Assembly: GCA_024137785.1 (NCBI GenBank)
Contig: JAHRHZ010000035.1
Location: forward strand, 15,092,856-15,156,855
DNA length: 64,000 bases
Direction of reading: 5' to 3'
From: Ginglymostoma cirratum
Taxonomy: Eukaryota
Shown piece by piece: positions 11,893 through 23,464 of this stretch; position 1 is the first letter of the stretch; every line of letters begins with the position of its first letter. The notes under the pieces were generated by a model. That model had not been told where the DNA came from. It worked only from the letters and a program-made list of their open reading frames with translations, and made no database searches. The position numbers and the translations under genes were made by a program.

Positions 11893-13931
11893 GGTATCTT
11901 GATGGATATGGCTTCCTCTTCTTACTCCTCCTTCCTTGAGCAGCTTTACTTGCTGTGTGACCTTTCTTCATTCTTTCACTTATTCTCAAATCCAAGGAAA
12001 AACCCTACTGTGGCATCCATGCCTGGAAGCAACTTGTTTCAGCCCAAACTTTCAAATAAATGGAAATGTCCATTAGTCAGTCACACCACTTAGAATATTC
12101 AAACTTAAGGCAAGGGTAGGCAAGTCCCAAACACAGGCATAAAAGCAACTTGAAGAAATAATCCAGCAACTAACCGCACGTAATTCATGACCCCTTTAAC
12201 TGGGAGGAACTCATCATCCTGTATAAAATAATTTTCAGCATTGCAGGTTTTAGACAGTACTTTGAAAATAGCATGGTGTTTGGACATGGCATCTTGGGCA
12301 TCAAGCCAAAGTTGTGTGAAAATTGATATTGTAACCTCTCTGCCCCTGCCAGCTGCACACACAAGCCATTTCCCCAAAGTGGCATCCTGCCCATTTGCTG
12401 TCAGAAGTCTGCCAGCACCTCTATAGTCTCATTGTCAAGTTTAAGTCAATGAAATGCCTAAAAACTGGTGCTAAGTTTTCTGTTGCTGATGGCCAGACTG
12501 TGAAGGGCAAGACAAAAGCCTAAGTATAATACACTTACAAGCATTTATTTATGTCGATACAAACATGCACCTCCAAATCCTGTCATAGTTTCAATCCCCT
12601 ACTATATATCAGAGCACAGCTGAATTTCTGGTTAATAGTCACTATTTGAATATAATGTAACACTCAATTTCTATATAATTAATACTACACAGTCCAGTCT
12701 AGCCCCTAAATTGCACCATCCAATTTAAAAGGCAGATGCTTGGAGTACATAGGTAATTTTCCTATTCTGTTTCAGAATGGTCAGCTCCCACCTTAAACAT
12801 TTGCCAGATTTTGTGCATAATTTGCTGGTTAATTTTCAGTGGAAAATGAATGTTTTTAATCTTGGGGTATTTAGAGATGTAATATTCTGTGCAACATTAT
12901 TGCAAGAACATTTAAATGTCTGTAACACCTCATTCAGCTAAAGACAAGAAATATGGAGTTAAGGATAATTGCTAACAATCACAATATTTGAAACTCAGTT
13001 AAAGATGTTTTGGCTGTTAAAAGTACAACCTATAATAAACTCAAAACAAACATGAAAAGAGCTTTCACTCTGTGACATTTCCTTCCATTTCAAAAACATA
13101 TGCTCTCCTTTCCATATCAAACTCTGAGATGAAACTGGCCCACTTAAACCTCAACACTTGAGAGGAATGTTAACCTTGAGTTCAAAACAGACCCTTCCTC
13201 ATCCATTATTACATTCTGTCCTTTATGCTTGGTCCATTCTTCACCATCTCCTATCCTCCCTTTTATCTTCCTTCCATATCACCATAGCATCCTTTTCCTC
13301 ACTGCTTCCAGTGAAGATCCAGGCCTTGGTCCAGAACTATGCACCAATGATTGTTGTCTGGTGAAACAATACTTGAGTATTGCTGAAAAAAGAAAAAAAA
13401 TTGTTGAAGCCCTTTTGTCTTGCACTCATTACAACAATTCACAAGAATCCCAATTTAAGGGGAAATTCAGTATTTACACTGTGTAAGACCCAGGACAGTA
13501 TTACTTCTTTTCTGATATCAATGGTTGGCCTTTTTCCTCCATTTTCATCAATTTCCCTGTCCTTCTTCCTCCTCTCCTTCCATTTTCTTCATATTCACCT
13601 CCCCATTATACGGGTTATTTTTCCTTCTCTCTACTCTTCCTCCATTCCCGGCCCAGTCCTCTTATTTTTATCCTCCCTTCTCCAACCTGTAACCAGCTGT
13701 TTTACCACTTTCTAATCTTCTTGACCCCAAGGCCACAAACTTGATCTCACTTCTCCATGTTTACTGTCAAGTGAGTTTGTTTAAGGTTACAAAAAATGTT
13801 CTTGCACACTTTTATGCAATCAACATTTATCTGGCATCACATGTTTTAACCTATTTAGTCTGAAATGATGCAATTTGTGTTGTAAAAACACAGACTTCAT
13901 TTAGAAAAAGTTTATAAAGGAACACTATTTA

Positions 13932-14100
13932 GGAAGCAAAATACTGCAGATACTGGCAATCTGAAGTAAAAACAGGAGATGCTGAAAATACTCAGCAGAC
14001 TGGCAGCATCTGCTGAGGAACAGAGTTCAACAGACTTCAAGCATGATCAACCCAAAATGTTAATTCTGTTTTCTCTCCCCCACAGTTGCTGCCTGACCTT
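13932..14100 (-). mobile_element. Older palindromic Penelope-like element, decayed
   Basis: Tail aaatactgcagatactgg, with arms ggcagcatctg...acagagtt / aattctgt...cagttgctgcc. Confidence 0.6.
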
Positions 14101-15564
14101 TTTAAACAATGCTCTAGTTGCTAATACAATGGCAAACAACCTCTCTGGCTCTGAATAGAAACACGTTAAACTAAATTTCATTCTTGTGCATAGACAATAT
14201 TTGGAGAGTTTAAAACGCTGAATGTGTCATTTGATCATTGTTTTTTGTATCTTCTGCCCATCTCAAGTAATGCACTTTTTTTTCTCTTTAGTTGTTCTTC
14301 ATTGAATCATGCAGTACAGAAGAGGCCATTTGGTCCATGAAGACTGTACTGCCACTTAATCTTTATCCTTCTTTATCTTCAACTCAAATTCACCTATCGC
14401 CTACATCCTCGCTTTCTTTTTTAATCCTTAAAAGCTGCTAGGTCAACAGGTTTGACACAGGAACAATGAAACTGTAATGTTCATACAGTCATATTTCTCA
14501 CCAAGAATTGATTACTCTGGTAACAGAAGTAACTTATTACAAAGTGCTGCTCTTGGAAATGCAAGATACAGTTCACAAAGCTATGACATCGTAGTCCCTG
14601 ATAAGAACTAGTGATATTGAGTTCCCTTTAGAACAATAAGGCCACAGTTCAAAATCTTGCAGGTCTCATCAAATCGCAGCAAGGTGCTCAGATGAATGAA
14701 ACGTTTTTATTTTGCCATCGTTTGCCATCCAGTTGTTGGGTGAATAAACATGACTCCTCATATTAGTTTTTTGAAGCAGAGATTAAGAAACATTTCCTTT
14801 GAGGACTCATACTTTTGTGACTGAAAAAAGCCATAATGAATTGTACTTCAGTGCATAGGCATAACTTGCTTTTATCTGGAATAAAATATTATTTAAAGTA
14901 ATCAACTCATTTCATTCAAAAAATTGCATATGCAATTGTACCATAAGTATGAAAAAGCAACTGAATTTAAGAAACAGAGCAGTACAATTAGCAATTGCAG
15001 AAGAAAAAGATAGGCTAGTAATTTAGAAGTACAATTAATAATACAATTCTGAAACTTATATTTCATTAAGTCTAATGAATTCACACTCAAATGCCAACTG
15101 AGCCTTCTCATTCCATTCTGTCTTCAAGCTTTTTTTTCCATTTGATTTGGATCTGATGACTATTCTTGTTGGCAGTTCAATCTTTCCATTAGTTATGTCA
15201 GAATATTAAATTTAATTCATTGACAAAGAAAGAGAGCATTCAGTAGAGTATATAACGCAACCATGTCGTCTTAACTTGACTTTATTGCAATTTGCAGCAT
15301 GACTGAGATTTTTCTCTGCCTAGTTAATAGTCTAATGACAAAGCGAAAAATAAATAAATACTTTGTTAAGAGCTTCCATCTCACTGAAGAGGCTTCAGGC
15401 CAATCCACAGCCATCAATCTGCTCTGAAAACTCTGTCTAACAATAGGGACAAATTCCACCACAACAGCTGAGACAATCAACGACATTCTAAATAAAACAA
15501 CCTACAACCTTCTAAACATAAAGTAAACTTTCTCCAATTTCCAGGAATGAATGAATCCTTTAAA

Positions 15565-15745
15565 AAAAAATCCAGAATCTTTGGTCTAGATTTTTGCCAA
15601 AATCTAATCAGTTCTTCGTTGAACTATACCCCATCTGTCTGCCAGATTTTGTTGAAATCCTTTAATTAGTTTTTCAGATTTTTAAAAAAATACAAACAAG
15701 AATGAAAACATTACCTCCATCCACCAACAGTAACAGAAATAATGA
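15565..15745. repeat. Unclassified interspersed repeat remnant resembling fish non-autonomous DNA elements
   Basis: aaaatctaatcagttc...gaaatcc...acaaacaagaatgaaaacattacctcc is a pattern recalled from fish repeats. Only one copy is seen here. Confidence 0.35.
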
Positions 15746-17368
15746 TCAGAATGGCCTAATTCTCAAATACTTGGTATTCTGAATGTTTGTAACCACATTG
15801 TTAAGAAATATTTTATGAATTGCTAGACAATTAAACAGCACAGCCTGTCTTGTTTGATTTTTAGCTTTCTGTTGCCACATGATGCATCAATAATGAGATT
15901 CCCTGACCTACTATTGCAATTGACATCTATCAATTTGTCTACCACAGTCTCACACATAACGTTAGTTAGTAAACCTGCAGAAGTGGCAAGATTTAATAAC
16001 TAAAGATACAAATTTTTCCTAAGCCTTCTACACTTTTAGCATTAAGTCTCACATTACTCCCACACTGTATGCCAGATATTGTTCTCTGAAATAAGTGAAT
16101 TAATATGCATTTGAAAGAATCAAAATTAACCACATTTTTCAGACCTTTAGACAACCTGTTTTTAAAATTGACAACACTCGCTGAAATGCATTTCCAATAG
16201 CAGCTGTGCAGAACCAACACCAACATTACCTTTCACAATCACCACAATCCCTACAACTCTTTTTCAATGCACACTTTTAAGCACATGACATGTCCTCATG
16301 ATTTACTGCCCAGGACAACAAAAAAAAAATGCATTATCTAGTCCCCTTACAAGCTTAAAAATATAAATCATATCACCTCATGGAGTAACTGAATGAACTG
16401 AGACAATTTTGCCTAATGAAAGAATGTATAAATCTGTTGAAAGTTCTTGTTTCTCATGGCGATACCAGCTTGCTTCTAGCATTTCACCATTGTTAAGTTA
16501 GTACCAAAAGGTAGTTTCAGCAGAATTGGGTAACCGTGACAATCTAATCAAACAATCCTGAAAACATACAACTAACACAAGAAGAGATGACTTCCAACTC
16601 GAACTGTGGGAGTATTGTGTGTCAAAATCGAGTCTTCCATCTTCTGAAAATGAAATGGGTAATTGGCCGATTAATTTACCAGAAGTACCAAATTGTTTTG
16701 GAACATCTTATAAACAATTTCAGTTCCAGGAACACTACAACAACCTGCTTGCAAATCCATTATCTAAACTGGGGAACACATTGTATGGGAAGCAAACATT
16801 CCATCTGCCACAGTAAAACCATTTACACAGCAACTTTACCACTGAGCTTCAAGCAGAAAATGATCATTTAAAGAACACAGGCATAAGCACAATTAAAGTT
16901 ATAAATGTTCCCTACAATTCTTGCTGGAAAATAGATGTGAATATTTAGTATACATTTAATTTTACTTGTACAATATTAAAAATCAGATCTAGAATAACTG
17001 TTGTGACTTTTAATTATGTTTTCTATTCTGACTGTTATAGATGTTAAAGGGTGACATGCTTACATACTTCAATCCTTTATATCTAGTATTTGCAATGGCA
17101 TGTGCTTAAAAATATTATACATTGTAGATTCTTTTTAAATGCTTGTATTTTTAAAACGAAGAGCAAATGGCTTGCTTTTGACTAAAAAATATTATTTACG
17201 TGGTCATCCAATGAGAAGTATACAGGAGCTGCTCCAATTCTGGATGCATCAGAGAAATTTAGACTTTTTTTAAAAATTGTTATTTCACCACTCTGGACTG
17301 GAAATAATAATGTAATGGCATTGCAAAATCTGATAGCATCATTCCAAAGCAGCAATATGTTTCCTTAC

Positions 17369-17521
17369 TTGTTTCTTCACTGAAGCAGGTTTGGTGAAAC
17401 TTTCCCATGTAGAATTCCAGACCAATAATGGCAAACATCACAATCGCAAAGAACAAGAGAAGCCCAATCTGAAGCAGTGGCACCATTGCCTTCATGATTG
17501 ACTTCAGTACGACTTGTAAAC
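17369..17521 (-). CDS. CACNA1B: Cav2 alpha-1 subunit internal exon (equivalent to exon 5), S4-S5 linker and IS5: (S)[50 protein letters not shown](N)
   Basis: Overlaps ORF 17280..17495. Acceptor catcag ends at 17522 and donor gtaagg starts at 17368. The exon is 153 bp, phase 1/1. MVP...MF...YMGKFH fits Cav2.2 better than Cav2.1 (MIP...IF) or Cav2.3 (YSGKLH). Confidence 0.92.
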
Positions 17522-19248
17522 CTGATGGAAGGAAGACAGGAATTGATAGATTTTGCTTGGGCTACAAAACCAAGACAGATAGGCACAGCCACAGTACAAA
17601 TCAGAGTTCTGTGAATGGCAGAACAGGCTAAAAGGGATGAATGGTCTACTCCTAAGATCCAATGTCAGCTGACTTGTTGTTCAGTCAGTTCAAATTGCAT
17701 TTATCCTGTTGAAAAAAATATACTTAATTCAAAATTGCACGCTCAAGTCTTTTATTTGCAGGCACAATTAAATTGAGATACGGCGATTGTGGAATACAGT
17801 ACTGAAAAGAAAATTAATCTGCATATATGTGTCCATCAGAATGTATCAAATGCAGATAAATTCAAAATACAGAGAACATATTTGAAAATATTTTGTGGAT
17901 ATATCTCCAGCAAAAAAGTCCACAAAATGTAACTTGCAATTACCCTTTGAAAATTCGATTTTAAAAATACTCCACAGATAATTGAAACAATAAAGATAAA
18001 ATCTCATTTTAAAAGAAGTGTGGAAAACATGAAATTTAAAAAGAAAATACGAGCAACTCTGGTTTTAATGCTTCTGTTGAAATTTCAACTTTTACACGTG
18101 TGGGAGTGAATTCCAAAACTGGAGAAACTGAATACAACCATGCTGGAAGAAATGCACTTAAAATACACTTTCCTAGCACAGACTTCAGCAAGTAACCACA
18201 AAAAATGACTAAAAGTTCATGCTATGATGAATGCTGTTCTTCTTTAAGGAGGAAAGTATAATTAATTCTCCTCTAAATATTCTCCTTTGTAGACCATTGA
18301 TAAAAACAAAAGGAATGATCTCACCTTATGAGGCAAAGGGTTCTTTTAATCATGCATAAATTGAACACAGCTTTACCCTACCAAATGCAGGTCCATTCTG
18401 TGATATAGATCTGAGCAGCAATAACTAACAGACATATCACTGTACTTGGCTGGAACTTGAATCTACACAAATTCTTATCACCACTTTTGTAAGGTGCAAA
18501 CTGCTTCAAAATAAAGCCTTATTCATTTTCTACATTGAACATTTTAGCCACTGTCCTTTTTTTGCTTTTTTCATTGTAACTAGCATATCAGGAAGGGATT
18601 GATCTGATGCTCTGTGAAGCACTGGAGTATATCATGCGAAGCTCCTTATTCAGGCTAGACTATCTTCAACCATATTTGACTTTAGAGTGTTCATTTATTC
18701 AAAGCACAGTGACTGATTATTTCGGATTAATGATGATTCATGTGCCTTGAATTTGAAAAACTGCAATAGAACAGACAGGGTTCTCATAGCTCCTGCAGTG
18801 AATTATTTTACCTGGATGAAGTCAGCCTGCAAGTTAGGAGATGGCATTGAACTCCACTAACAATATGATGTATCTCCTGTTTTCATAAAGTCTGAACGTA
18901 CAAAATCAATTGCATAATAATGGGAGTGCCCTTGGCAGGTACAAGTGCTCTCTGATCCGGCCTTTCAACAGAGACAGGCACAAATGGTTATAGTTGAAGC
19001 CTCTCTCAGACTTGTACCAGCTGCAAAGCCCATTCCATAACCATACATTGGTCCCAATCATCAGTCGTACAGCATTCTTGATATCACTGCATGAGGGGAG
19101 ATGAGTGCTTAGTGTTATCATTGCTAGTCTATTAATTCAGAGACCCCAGTAATGATCTTGGGACCCGGATTTGAATCCTACTATGATTTGAATCCAATTA
19201 GAAAATAAAATCTGGAGTTGAGTGCCTAATGATCACAATGAAACTATT

Positions 19249-19449
19249 AGAGACAAAAAAAACTGCAGATGCTAGAATCCAAGGTGGACAAACAGGAGGC
19301 TGGAAAAATGCAGCAAGCCAGGCAGCATCTGGAGGAAAGGAGCAGTCAATGTTTCTTCTGAAGAAGGGTAACTCCCGAAACGTTGACTGCTCCTTTCCTC
19401 CAGATGCTGCCTGGCCTGCTTTGTTGTTCCAGCCTCCTGGTTGTCTAGC
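19249..19449. mobile_element. Palindromic Penelope-like element, subfamily C
   Basis: Long inverted arms. TSD atgaaact(a/g)tt at 19238-19248 and 19450-19460. Confidence 0.8.
19356..19386 (+). ncRNA. Minimal type I hammerhead ribozyme motif
   Basis: CUGAAGA-A-GGG(UAACU)CCC-GAAAC-GUU. Stem I is only ~2 bp. Confidence 0.6.
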
Positions 19450-20226
19450 ATGAAACTGTTGTCAATCGTCAGAAAAATTCATCTGGTTCACTAATCTTCT
19501 TTAGGGGAGGAATCTGCCATCCTTACCAGTTCTGGCCTACATATGACTCCAGACCTACAGCAGTGTGGTTGACTCTAAACTACCCTCTGGATAATTAGGA
19601 ACGCACAATAAATGCTAACCAAGCCAGTGATGCCTGCATCCCATAAATGATTTTTTTTTAATTACCACAATGCCTGTGCATTCCAATTCCCTCAATTCAC
19701 AGCCAATTTAAACTGAAATCCCACATGGTCTCATTATTTCCAGTTATCACAGTGTCACTATGTATTCCTTTGTATTGCTCTCTATCCATATTTTCCGTCT
19801 CTCTCTATCCCATCAACGCCCTGCTTGCTAACCTGGTTTTCTTTTAGGCAGTGCCTCAACTTTAATATTCTCAGTCTCATTTTCAATTCCGTCTGTAGCC
19901 TGACACTCTCTCCATTTCTGCATCCTCCTCCATCTCCACAATCCTATGACAATATGTATACGTCCAATTCTGACCTCTTGAAAATTCCCAGTTTAAATTG
20001 CTGCATTTTTAGTGGCTATGTCTTCCCTTGCTTTGGTCTGAAGCTCTAGACTGTACTCCTGGAACCTCTCTATATCTCCTCTTTGAGGACATTCCTTAAA
20101 ACCTTCCTCTTTGACCAAGTTTTTGGTCAATTGTCCCACTTACACATGTGGCTTGGTTTTAATTTTATTCAATAAAGCTCCTTTGAAGCATGTTGCGCAA
20201 TTTCAAATCTACTATACAAATGTAAT

Positions 20227-20450
20227 AGCAAGGTGTAGAGCTGGATGAACACAGCAGGCCAAGCGGCATCAGAGGAGCAGGAAGGCTGACGTTTCAGGCC
20301 TAGACCCTTCTTCGGAAAATTTCTGAAGAAGGGTCCAGACCCGAAACGTCAGCCTTCCTGCTCCTCTGATGCTGCTTGGCCTGCTGTGTTCATCCAGCTC
20401 TACACCGTGTTATCTCAGATTCTCCAGCATCTGCAGTTCCTACTATCGCT
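20227..20450 (+). mobile_element. Young palindromic Penelope-like element, subfamily A
   Basis: Near-perfect inverted arms of ~90 bp plus a ~36 nt tail. Perfect 14-bp TSD tatacaaatgtaat at 20213-20226 and 20451-20464. Confidence 0.88.
20320..20352 (+). ncRNA. Minimal type I hammerhead ribozyme motif, intact core
   Basis: CUGAAGA-A-GGGUC(CA)GACCC-GAAAC-GUC. Predicted cleavage after 20350. Confidence 0.7.
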
Positions 20451-21587
20451 TATACAAATGTAATGTTATGGTTGTTGTTGCGGAAAGCAATGCAAGTGAA
20501 ACTGGGGAGGGCTCCATCAATTACACACTAGCTATTCACCTCTGAGCCCAGATCCGTATTCACCCCTGAGTAAGTGGAATGAAGTTGTTCCAAGCTCAGA
20601 TAGTTTTCAATTATTTCCTCGAGTGCCATTGGAAGTAATTATAAATGATAGCACACATGCGTTGTCAGGCAAAATGTCGTTTTTCAATGCATTTGTAGTT
20701 ATTATCGAAGCCACATTGCTGGCAGTTACATATAGGAAACAAGCTACGTATTGTTTTATCCATTCTCAGAACCAAACAACATTTTCCAACATAGACCCAA
20801 CACATTCCCATGCATCAGACAGGTTTTCGACGCTCTCGTGAAGTAGTGTGAACAGATGGTAATCTCCTGGGCTCTGTCTAGAGATGCTATTTCAAATTCT
20901 AACATTGGAAGTGCTTGCTTGTTCCTGGCCTGTGGTAGCAGCCAAGAAGCTGGATACAAATTAGTCTGGAGTAGCTAAATATTCTAATATATTATATTAT
21001 AGAGAAAAAAAATGATTCCACAGAGTGCTACTGAAAAAGGTAGATCCAAAGCATAAAGAGATTGGAAGTTTCATTGATAATTTGTCTCACCAATGTGGGC
21101 TTTCCTGTTTCTCCATTTTAATTTAGAAAGCAGGCAGCAGAATGAAAAGGATGCATTTAGTAGCCACAAGAAGAATTCAATTTTCAAATGATTGTACAAC
21201 ATACAAATGATTAGGCATTTAAATGTGACCAAAGATAGCTCTTTAGAATATATTGGGTGAAAAGGATGATATTAATGGGTTTTGCATTTTTACTATCAAC
21301 TGGCCATCAATATTCACTGCACCTTCACAAATAATTTTTAACAACATGCAATTATGCATTTTTTCTTGTGTGTTTTAGATGATTAAGATTTTAAACACTA
21401 TAGAATTAGGCATTGAAACAAAAAAAACACTAATGGGTTATTTTTGTTTGAAAACTATTACTGATGATGAAAGGTAATGATTAATGACCACTGAAAAAAA
21501 ATGCAGGAATGTAATGTTTTGTCACAGATTTTATCTTGATATTCTGGTGTCAATAACAAAAAAGTATTTTTAGGGGCTATAAAATAA

Positions 21588-21995
21588 TAGCAGTTTGTAT
21601 TTATCTAGTGCCTTTAATGTATAAAATATTGCATGGTATTCCATAGGAGCACTACAAAATGTGACATTGAGTTGCATGCATAAATATTAGATCACCTGAT
21701 CAAATGCTTGGCCAAACAAATAGATTCTAAAAGTGCCACAAGGAGGAGTGTGAGGTAGACATGTAGTGTGTGAATTTTTGAGGTTCAGGCCTAGGGATCT
21801 GAAACCACAGCCTCGAACAGCGAAACAATTAAAGTCTGGACACTCAAGAGGCTAGAATTAGATGAGTGTAGCGAGCTAGAAGGTTTGTAGAGCTGGAGAA
21901 TATTATGAAGATAGGGAAGGGGCAAGGCTAAAGAAGGATTTGAAAATGAGGATGAGAATTTTAACATCAAGACATTGCTTGATAGGGAGCCTAGA
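21588..21995 (-). mobile_element. L2-type LINE 3' fragment
   Basis: gtttgtatttatctagtgcctttaatgt...gcttggccaaa...gaggatgagaattttaa. Confidence 0.7.
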
Positions 21996-22079
21996 AACCC
22001 ACAAGTTGATTTATACTGTTCTACAGGAAAAATACAGTCAGTCAAAGATGCCCAATGGGTCAAACAATTCTATTAACTG

Positions 22080-23225
22080 CTCAAAACAGCAACTTATCCT
22101 TACTTATTGTATTAACGCTAGTAAAACATGCCAAGGTGCTTCCTGGGAATATTATCAAACAACACCTGACTGGGACCTACCTACATGAGTAGATATGAAG
22201 CAGATTATTCAAAAAGATTTTAGGAAGATTTAGAAAGATTTTAAAAAGGTTTTAGGAAGCTTTGTCAAGGAGGCAGAGAGTTAGAAAAATTTAGGGAAAT
22301 AATTCCAGAGCTTAGGGCCTAGGTAGCTGAAGGCACAGTTACTAATGTGGAGCAATTTAAAACGTGGGATGTACAGGTCAGAATTAGATGAAAGCAGATA
22401 TGTTTGAGGGTTGAAGAATGCAGGAGATTACAGAGACATGGAGAGGGTGGCCATGGAGGGATTTTTAAAAATCCCTTTAAAAAGGGTAAGAATTTTAAAA
22501 TCAAGGCTTTGGTTGATCAAGAGCCAATGTAAGCCAGAGAGCACAGGGGTTGTGGGTAAATAGATAGATACAGGTGCCAGTGTTTTGCAGGACTTCAGGT
22601 TTACAGAGCATACAATATGGAAGATCAATGATAAGGTATTGAACAATCAAGCCTAAAATTAACAAAGATAACAAGGTGTAGAGCTGGATGAACACAGCAG
22701 GCCAAGCAGCATCAGAGGAGCAGGAAGGCTGACTTTTCGGGCCTAGACCCTTCTTCTGAAATTAACAAATGTCTGCGAGAACATTTCAGCAGTTGATGAT
22801 CTAAGACAGAGACAATATCAGGCAATGCTAGGCAGGAGGAAATACACAGTCTTAGTAAGGCATAGATTTGTGATCAGAAGTTCATCTTGGGAGTCAATCA
22901 TGTCACCAAGTTTGCAAACAGCTTTAATCCCAAACTGTTGACAGGAACAGGAGTGGAGACAGTTACTGGGGGATAGTGTCTAAACAAAAATCTATTGATT
23001 TGGTCCTCCCAATATTTAATAGGAAAATGTTTTTGCTCTTTCAATATTGAATGTGGGATACACAGTCTTTTAATTTAGTAAGGTGGGGAGGGGTCGAGAA
23101 ATTGGTGAGGTACTGCTCAATGTTCTCAATCTACATGTGAAAACAAATGATACGGTTTTGGGTGATATTACTGAGAGGAAGTGTGCAGCCATGAAATTGG
23201 AGGGGATCAAGGAGAAATTCTACTA
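22080..23225 (-). mobile_element. L2-type LINE fragment (~1.1 kb) with a nested Penelope-like insertion
   Basis: ORF 22428..22646 contains PTTPVLSGLHWLLINQSLDFKIL, the L2 ORF2 HITPVLxxLHWLPxxxRIxFKIL motif. Confidence 0.8.
22667..22758 (-). mobile_element. Single-arm Penelope-like element, subfamily A, hammerhead core mutated
   Basis: Matches one arm of 20227-20450. 11-bp TSD aaattaacaaa at 22656-22666 and 22759-22769. Confidence 0.85.
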
Positions 23226-23372
23226 GACAGATTCTACAGCTGTATTTGATGCGCATGTTTTGTTAACATGAATAAAGAGGTGTATAAAAGTGTTCATATA
23301 GAACCTATAACACCAGTTCTTAGACAGATAAAATTAATGTTAAAAATAACGGAAGCTAGTTGTTCAACATAC

Positions 23373-23464
23373 TTGGAATTCCTGATACAAGTTTCAATGG
23401 CCGCAGAACTCGGACAGCCCTCAACGTTCTCAGATCAAAGTCTGTTCCAACAGTGGCTAAAATC
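23373..23464 (-). CDS. CACNA1B: Cav2 alpha-1 subunit internal exon (equivalent to human exon 4), domain I S3-S4 voltage sensor: (G)[30 protein letters not shown](S)
   Basis: Manual minus-strand translation gives the S4 R/K-x-x repeat. Acceptor tgcag ends at 23465 and donor gtatgt starts at 23372. The exon is 92 bp, and its final A joins the GT starting the next exon to form Ser. Confidence 0.9.

Larger units (their letters stand above)
19094..19650 (+). mobile_element. SINE-B copy interrupted by a nested Penelope-like insertion
   Basis: Aligns to 8799-9190 on both sides of 19249-19449. Confidence 0.8.
19800..20480 (+). mobile_element. L2-type LINE 3' fragment interrupted by a Penelope-like insertion
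   Basis: ttttaatattctc...ttccttaaaaccttcctctttgaccaagtttttggtca...tatacaaatgtaatgttatggttgttgttg. Confidence 0.7.

Noticed and set aside
16587-16871. Possible GIY-YIG C-terminal remnant (EHLINN)
   Set aside because: The similarity is limited to a few residues and cannot be supported without an HMM search.
20227-20450. Palindromes interpreted as MITEs or pre-miRNA genes
   Set aside because: Asymmetric tail, variable 11-17 bp TSDs, variable inversion points and hammerhead cores fit Penelope-like retroelements better.
7778-23464. Assignment to CACNA1A or CACNA1E
   Set aside because: Most diagnostic residues (TDFD, MVP, DFPCG, ITNFD, TDILYN) favour CACNA1B. CACNA1A is not fully excluded without phylogeny or synteny.
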